NCBI GenBank assembly: GCA_946403755.1
Contig: CAMJBC010000001.1
Coordinates: 80,735 to 144,734, forward strand
Origin: an uncultured Mycoplasmatota bacterium
GTDB taxonomy: Bacteria > Bacillota_I > Bacilli_A > RF39 > UBA660
Direction of reading: 5' to 3'
Length of the DNA stretch: 64,000 nucleotides
Positions 58,853-64,000 of this stretch are shown here, in pieces. The first letter of the stretch is position 1; the number at the start of each line of letters is the position of its first letter. Both the position numbers and the translations under genes were made by a program. The notes below the pieces were generated by a model, which did no database searches, had not been told where the DNA came from, and saw only the letters and a list, made by a program, of their open reading frames with translations.

Positions 58853-59652
58853 TGATATTCCTCCTCGTATTTTTTCTTTAGTCTCATACCTAAATTATAG
58901 CCTTTTTTATAAAAATCTTCTACATTTTCATTTAAATAATCTTTTCTATAACATAATTCAAATGTTAAATAGCTATGATAATTAGCAATACTTAATCCAT
59001 CTAAAACATAATCAAAATTAACACTACCATCACCAGGTAATAAATGCTCATCTTTTTCTCCATGATTATCATGAATATGTATTGCAAACATTTTGTCTCT
59101 AAAATGTTCAAAATCAAAATTATCTTTAAAATGACAATGATCATGACCACAATCATAACATACGCCAACATTATCATAATCCATATGATCTACTAAATAT
59201 TCTAAATAACCAGGCATTTTTGTGTTTTCAAAAGCAACTTTAATATTCAATTCTTTAGCATGATCACATATTCTTCTAAATCTTTCTAAACCTATTTTAT
59301 TTGGTTTAGGAGCATCAAATCCAACACATGCATGAATTATTACCATATCTATTCCTAAAGCTTTTAATTCATCTAAATTCTTTAAATATCTTTTAACCCA
59401 TGCTTCTCCAACTTCACCATCTAACCATATATCATTCATATTTCTATAACCTAGATGCGCAAATATAACATTTAAACCCTTACTTCTAGCATATTTAACT
59501 TGTTCTTCTTGAGATACATCAAATGTTTTATAATCATTTTCATACCATTGAACAAACACATTTTTAAATCCAGAAGCTACAATCGCATCTATAGTTTCAT
59601 ATGCTGAAACACTCTCATTATCATTACTTATTACTACCGCTAATTCCTTCAT
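58849..59652 (-). CDS. Sugar phosphate isomerase/epimerase (xylose isomerase-like TIM barrel) family protein
   Basis: Pattern ...IIHAC...FEN...CYDCGHDH...IHIHDNHGEKDEHLLPGDGSVNF is typical of AP_endonuc_2/XylA-like TIM barrels. Confidence 0.65.
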   Translation of the reverse strand: MKELAVVISNDNESVSAYETIDAIVASGFKNVFVQWYENDYKTFDVSQEEQVKYARSKGLNVIFAHLGYRNMNDIWLDGEVGEAWVKRYLKNLDELKALGIDMVIIHACVGFDAPKPNKIGLERFRRICDHAKELNIKVAFENTKMPGYLEYLVDHMDYDNVGVCYDCGHDHCHFKDNFDFEHFRDKMFAIHIHDNHGEKDEHLLPGDGSVNFDYVLDGLSIANYHSYLTFELCYRKDYLNENVEDFYKKGYNLGMRLKKKYEEEYQ

Positions 59653-60493
59653 TATTATCCTTTCCATATATTACTTTATATATATTAGAACTATTACCTT
59701 CTATTTCTTCGATATACTTAATTAGATTATTAACATTAGAATTATTATATTTATTCTTATTATTATAATCTTTAAGCTCATTAAAATACTTTAATAATTC
59801 ATAATTATTAAATTCTTCTACTAAATCTTTTCTATCATTAATATCTAAATAACTTAATGAATCATTTATTATTTCATAATATAGTTTCTTATTATTATCT
59901 AATAATTTTTCATTACCAAAATAATTCTCATTAGATATCTTCATTTCATTATATAAATTACTAATACTTTTTCTATCATAAGTATTAATGTCATATTCAA
60001 GAGATAAAACTGGATATTTAAGTAATATATTACCTTTATGTTTCTTAATATATCTAGTTACCTCATCATTTAAATATTTATTATATTTTGCATTAAAATT
60101 ACTGTTTAATATAAATATTTTAGCTAATTTTAAAATATAATTTGAAAAATAATTTTTATTAGTAATTAATTTATATTTTCTAAAATAACTAATTTGATTA
60201 TAAAAATCTTTTAATATATTTTTACATGCTAAATATCTATCTTTTTTATTCTTAGACTTTAAATCATATAATCTATTTTCATCAATAAAAACAGTATTTT
60301 CTTCTTTTTTATCAAAAGATAATTTAATATTATTTTCATTAAATTTATCTATATGAGAATAATTAAATCCATTTATTTCAGATTCATTTTCAAGTAATAA
60401 TATGAGATTGGTTTTAAATTGAATGATATTATCATCTTTAAGAGTATCCATTATAGAAAATAGGCTATTTATTATTTGTTTCGATGTTTCCAT
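59624..60493 (-). CDS. Hypothetical Asn/Lys-rich cytoplasmic protein
   Basis: Long ORF with no TM and no recognisable motif. Its 3' end overlaps the start of the isomerase gene. The start is either ATG 60493 or GTG 60502. Confidence 0.45.
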   Translation of the reverse strand: METSKQIINSLFSIMDTLKDDNIIQFKTNLILLLENESEINGFNYSHIDKFNENNIKLSFDKKEENTVFIDENRLYDLKSKNKKDRYLACKNILKDFYNQISYFRKYKLITNKNYFSNYILKLAKIFILNSNFNAKYNKYLNDEVTRYIKKHKGNILLKYPVLSLEYDINTYDRKSISNLYNEMKISNENYFGNEKLLDNNKKLYYEIINDSLSYLDINDRKDLVEEFNNYELLKYFNELKDYNNKNKYNNSNVNNLIKYIEEIEGNSSNIYKVIYGKDNNEGISGSNK

Positions 60494-60638
60494 CTTCTTC
60501 ACCTACTTTTTCTTCATATACTTTATCTATAAATTTTAATATTTCATTTGATAAATCTATTTCTTCTAATAAAATATACTCTTCATTCATATTATCACTC
60601 TCTAAAATATTATAACAAAAAACTCGAAATATTTCGAG

Positions 60639-61223
60639 TTAATCTTTATGATATTCAAAATCATTTAATATCTTATCCATAAGATCATTTAATTCTTTAG
60701 TTACTTTATCATTTTCTAAATCAATTTTACCTAAGATAATTTCTTCAGGTGGCATACTTACTGGTGCTGATGAAAGAGTTATTTGATAAAAATCATTCAT
60801 TACAGGCTCAACAAAATATGCTATAAATTGTCTAGTTATTAATTTAGCTTCTTTAATAGGAATAATCATATCACATACATATACTTTGTAATTAAATATT
60901 TCATTAGTGTAATCTTTATAGAATCTAAAGCTTTTATCTATATCTTCACATCCACATTCTTTCATAAATCCTTTTGTAGAATTAATAACAGTTTCAATTC
61001 TTTTATCAAAAGTTCCCTCTTCACAATACCCGTCAGATGTAACTTGTTCAATGCATCCATCTTTTTCAGCTAATAATAATACTTGAGGATCATCGCTTTC
61101 TAATCTTTGGAATCCTTCTAATAATGGCATATAAAGACCTTGAGCATGTAACTCATAATTCATATCTCTTAGAGTTTCTAAAAGATTAGCTGACATTTCA
61201 TCAATAACAATATCTTCTTCCAT
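60639..61223 (-). CDS. Hypothetical acidic cytoplasmic protein, 194 aa
   Basis: AGGTGA RBS. Net acidic, several Cys (CIEQ, YCEEG, CGCED), no known motif. Confidence 0.45.
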   Translation of the reverse strand: MEEDIVIDEMSANLLETLRDMNYELHAQGLYMPLLEGFQRLESDDPQVLLLAEKDGCIEQVTSDGYCEEGTFDKRIETVINSTKGFMKECGCEDIDKSFRFYKDYTNEIFNYKVYVCDMIIPIKEAKLITRQFIAYFVEPVMNDFYQITLSSAPVSMPPEEIILGKIDLENDKVTKELNDLMDKILNDFEYHKD

Positions 61224-61260
61224 ATTCTTTCACCTATTATATTTTATCATATTTAATTAA

Positions 61261-62391
61261 TTATTTATATATTTTGTATGTAATATTGTAATTTCTAACT
61301 GAATAATTAGTCATTTCTAAATCTATACTTAATTTAGGGCTAATAATAATTGTTTCATTATGACTTTCTTTATTCATAAAATCTTTAATTAAAGAAGTAT
61401 TTTCTTTAGATAAAGATAATTTAGTATTTAGTTTCTTAGAAAAGTATTCAAGATCATTTTTAATAATATTTAAATAATAATCACTAAAATAATTACCTTT
61501 ATAATTTAATATTATTTGATCATATTCTGATTTACTCTTACTATAATTAAATCTATAATATGCATCACTAGTTCCACCATGGCAGAATGATGAAGAAAAA
61601 CTATAATTACCTTCAATATATCCTACAGAACATAAATCTTTACTAGTGTTTTTTAATGCTACATAGAAATAATCATTATATTTAAAGTATTGTTTATTAT
61701 TTTCCATAGATATATCATATAATCTCTTCATAAAATTTGTTTTATCATTATCTTTTAAAGAAGAAATTATAGTATCTAAACTAATTGGTTTAAAAATTGT
61801 CTTTTCTTCAGATATATATCTTGGACTAATAGTGTATTCTAATCCATCATAATAATAAGCTATTCTCACATACATATTATCAGTTTCTATATTAATATTA
61901 TGAAAATTAAATCTATCAAAATCATTTATAAGTTTTTTAATATTATCAGATATATTTATCTTTCTATTATACATCTCATCTAATAATTCAAAATCTTTTG
62001 TATAATTATGATTTTTTATATTATCTTTAGTACCATCAACATATATATTTAATAAAGTAGACATAGTATTATATGTAATAAAATAATTATCTTTTTTAAA
62101 GCATTTTTCAAAATATCTACACCTATCACTAGTATCATCTACAAACCCAAGAGAATATAGTTTTTCATCCATATATGCATGTATATCTTGATGAAAAACA
62201 TCTTTTGGTTCAGCATTTGGTGCAGGTGTAGGAGAAATATATGCTGGTACTGTAGATTCATTTTTAAGATTTTCTTCTGCTATATTAATATTTCTATATT
62301 TTTTAATATAACTCACAACTAATAAGCCAATTATTAATAATACTGCAAAAATAATATCCCATTTTTGCTTTATATCAGTTTTATCTTCCAT
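61261..62391 (-). CDS. Hypothetical membrane-anchored extracytoplasmic protein, 376 aa
   Basis: AGGTGA RBS. N-terminal TM (WDIIFAVLLIIGLLVVSYI). No known domain. Confidence 0.5.
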   Translation of the reverse strand: MEDKTDIKQKWDIIFAVLLIIGLLVVSYIKKYRNINIAEENLKNESTVPAYISPTPAPNAEPKDVFHQDIHAYMDEKLYSLGFVDDTSDRCRYFEKCFKKDNYFITYNTMSTLLNIYVDGTKDNIKNHNYTKDFELLDEMYNRKINISDNIKKLINDFDRFNFHNINIETDNMYVRIAYYYDGLEYTISPRYISEEKTIFKPISLDTIISSLKDNDKTNFMKRLYDISMENNKQYFKYNDYFYVALKNTSKDLCSVGYIEGNYSFSSSFCHGGTSDAYYRFNYSKSKSEYDQIILNYKGNYFSDYYLNIIKNDLEYFSKKLNTKLSLSKENTSLIKDFMNKESHNETIIISPKLSIDLEMTNYSVRNYNITYKIYK

Positions 62392-62468
62392 AACATCACC
62401 TATTCTACTCTAACATTATAGCATAAAAAAATAAATTAAACATAAAGCCTAATTTATTTTACAAATTA

Positions 62469-62544
62469 TGGTGCTGGAAACATGAATCGAACATGCGACC
62501 TACGCGTTACGAGGGCGTTGCTCTACCAACTGAGCTATTCCAGC
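62469..62544 (-). tRNA. tRNA-Thr (anticodon CGU)
   Basis: The reverse complement folds as a 76-nt cloverleaf: GCTGGAA/TTCCAGC acceptor, GCTC-AGTTGGTA-GAGC D arm, anticodon loop CT-CGT-AA, GCATG-TTCGATT-CATGT T arm and an encoded CCA. There is one C31-C39 mismatch. Confidence 0.85.
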
Positions 62545-62545
62545 A

Positions 62546-62619
62546 TGGTTGCCCTGATAGGATTCGAACCTATGATTATGGAGTCAGAGTCCAATGCCTT
62601 ACCACTTGGCCACAGGGCA
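62546..62619 (-). tRNA. tRNA-Gln (anticodon CUG)
   Basis: The reverse complement is 74 nt: TGCCCTG/CAGGGCA acceptor (U1-A72 as in Bacillus tRNA-Gln), GCCAAGTGGTAAGGC D arm, anticodon loop CT-CTG-AC, ATAGG-TTCGAAT-CCTAT T arm and an encoded CCA. Confidence 0.85.
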
Positions 62620-62630
62620 ATAATAAAAAA

Positions 62631-63116
62631 CTAATTTAGTTTTTTAATATCAGTATGCATTCTAGGATGATAACCTTGTTTATCATAGAATTTAATACCA
62701 TTTTTATTATAAGCAAATACATCTACAAATGAATATTCACAACCTTGTGATTTAAAATATTCTTCCATTTGATTCATTAGTTTTTGTCCAATACCTTTAC
62801 TTCTTACTTTGCTTGTTACTACTAACTCAGTTATTATTCCTCTTTTAGGACATTTATAATCTAAATAATCATATTCATCAAAAGGAGGTATTGTTCCCAT
62901 AATTAAACCTAATACTTTACCTTCTTCGATAGCAAGATAGCATTTGCCATTGTTTTCATTTACATCTTTTAAATCAATTATAGCCATTTTTTCTCTATAT
63001 TCTGGATGCAATTGATCTAACTCATCTTCATCAATAGTAAGAATATATTCTTCTAATTCAACCAATAAATCTCTAACATCTTCTAAATATTTTTCTTCAT
63101 ATTCAATTATTTGCAT
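62631..63116 (-). CDS. GNAT-family N-acetyltransferase
   Basis: 161 aa. Acetyl-CoA motif A: VVTSKVRSKGIGQKLMNQMEEY. Confidence 0.8.
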   Translation of the reverse strand: MQIIEYEEKYLEDVRDLLVELEEYILTIDEDELDQLHPEYREKMAIIDLKDVNENNGKCYLAIEEGKVLGLIMGTIPPFDEYDYLDYKCPKRGIITELVVTSKVRSKGIGQKLMNQMEEYFKSQGCEYSFVDVFAYNKNGIKFYDKQGYHPRMHTDIKKLN

Positions 63117-63147
63117 TTACTTCACTCCTTAACAATTATAACTCAAT

Positions 63148-64000
63148 TTAATTATCATTTTCTATAACAATATTAACAGAAGATAAAATATCTTCTTTTA
63201 ATTCATTTATATGAGGATATTCAATATATTGTTTTAGATAATAAACAATATCATAGATAGCTAATCTTTTATATAAATTATCTACATGCATTAACTCAGG
63301 ATAATACTTTTCTATATATGACATTATATTTTGATAATCTTCTAACCTAGTATATTTTTCAGTTTCTTCACTAGCAAATTTCCATGGTTTTCTAATCATT
63401 CTATAAATAATATCTAATTCAAAATCAATTGGTGCATATAATGATCTTTCAAAATCAATTAATTTAATATTTCCATCATCATAAATAATATTATCAAAAT
63501 GTAAATCATTATGTACTAGTACAAACTTATCAGATTCTAAATATTTATCAAAACTACTATATGCTTTTTCTAATAATAGTTGTTCATTTTCATTAAATAA
63601 ATGTTTTGCTTTATTATATGCTTTCATAAATAAATCTTTTGTTTTTAAACACCAATCATATTCTTTACTAGTATTACTATGAAACTGTTTCATAGCAATA
63701 CATAATTGTTTAATAATATCTTCTCTTTGTGATTCATCTAATTTATGCCATACATTAAATAAAGATACACCACTTACCTTTTCTGTTATTTCATACATAT
63801 ATGGAATATCTTTTTTAGTAATATCTGAATAATATAATTTTGGAATTAATTTATTATTTTTATTAGAATTATAAAAATTAATCTCTTTTACAAATTTATT
63901 CTCATTATTTAAATTACTACATACTTTAATAATATATTTATCATTAATAGTAAATATTGTATTTGTAAAACCAACATTTATTTTTTCAATATTTGTGTTA
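63148..64000 (-). CDS. Aminoglycoside/choline-kinase-type phosphotransferase (APH family), 5' end outside window
   Basis: Brenner/catalytic motif LVHNDLHFDNIIY and IDFERS. The reading frame stays open upstream of the listed Met through base 64000 (..NTNIEKINVGFTN..). Confidence 0.75.
   Translation of the reverse strand, partial: NTNIEKINVGFTNTIFTINDKYIIKVCSNLNNENKFVKEINFYNSNKNNKLIPKLYYSDITKKDIPYMYEITEKVSGVSLFNVWHKLDESQREDIIKQLCIAMKQFHSNTSKEYDWCLKTKDLFMKAYNKAKHLFNENEQLLLEKAYSSFDKYLESDKFVLVHNDLHFDNIIYDDGNIKLIDFERSLYAPIDFELDIIYRMIRKPWKFASEETEKYTRLEDYQNIMSYIEKYYPELMHVDNLYKRLAIYDIVYYLKQYIEYPHINELKEDILSSVNIVIENDN

Overview
Very AT-rich chromosomal segment from a low-GC, cell-walled Firmicutes-type bacterium. 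It uses the standard code: TGA ends several ORFs and Trp is TGG, so this is not a code-4 Mollicute. Most of the window is housekeeping, and several gene blocks sit in Bacillus-like order: rlmB-sigH, ruvA/ruvB, rnc-smc, queA-tgt, xerD-deoB, and sRNA-tcdA with rarA nearby. polA, rpmF, lgt, def, trxA, mnmA, gpmI and two tRNAs (Thr-CGU, Gln-CUG) are also present. No transposase, phage integrase, cas gene or rRNA is visible. Eight features stand out from this backbone. (1) A 3-gene surface operon (1.55-5.16 kb) is led by a 686-aa type IV pilin-like protein. It carries Listeria-Bacteroides (Flg_new) repeats and a C-terminal Cys-rich region with two thrombospondin type-1-repeat-like modules. (2) A family of membrane-anchored proteins has CxxC thioredoxin-like modules fused to a shared unknown C-terminal domain (30.7-33.2 kb and 37.6-38.8 kb). 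(3) A promoter-to-U-tract structured RNA of about 170 nt lies just upstream of tcdA and fits 6S RNA architecture and synteny. (4) Three degenerate tandem repeats of about 64 bp, plus an extreme AT tract, lie beside an HTH gene and a gene for a 492-aa protein with LRV-like NPNC repeats (48.6-51.4 kb). (5) A three-gene minus-strand module (52.8-57.3 kb) encodes a tail-anchored Pro/Thr/acidic repeat protein and two LXG-like proteins ending in NlpC/P60 peptidase domains. No type VII secretion genes are in view. (6) The trxB homologue lacks the NADPH-binding HRR motif. (7) A nucleotidase gene is inserted between ruvA and ruvB. (8) A ZnuA-like lipoprotein appears to have lost its metal-binding histidines. 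All calls rest on motif-level reading of the supplied translations and manual folding. No database search was run.
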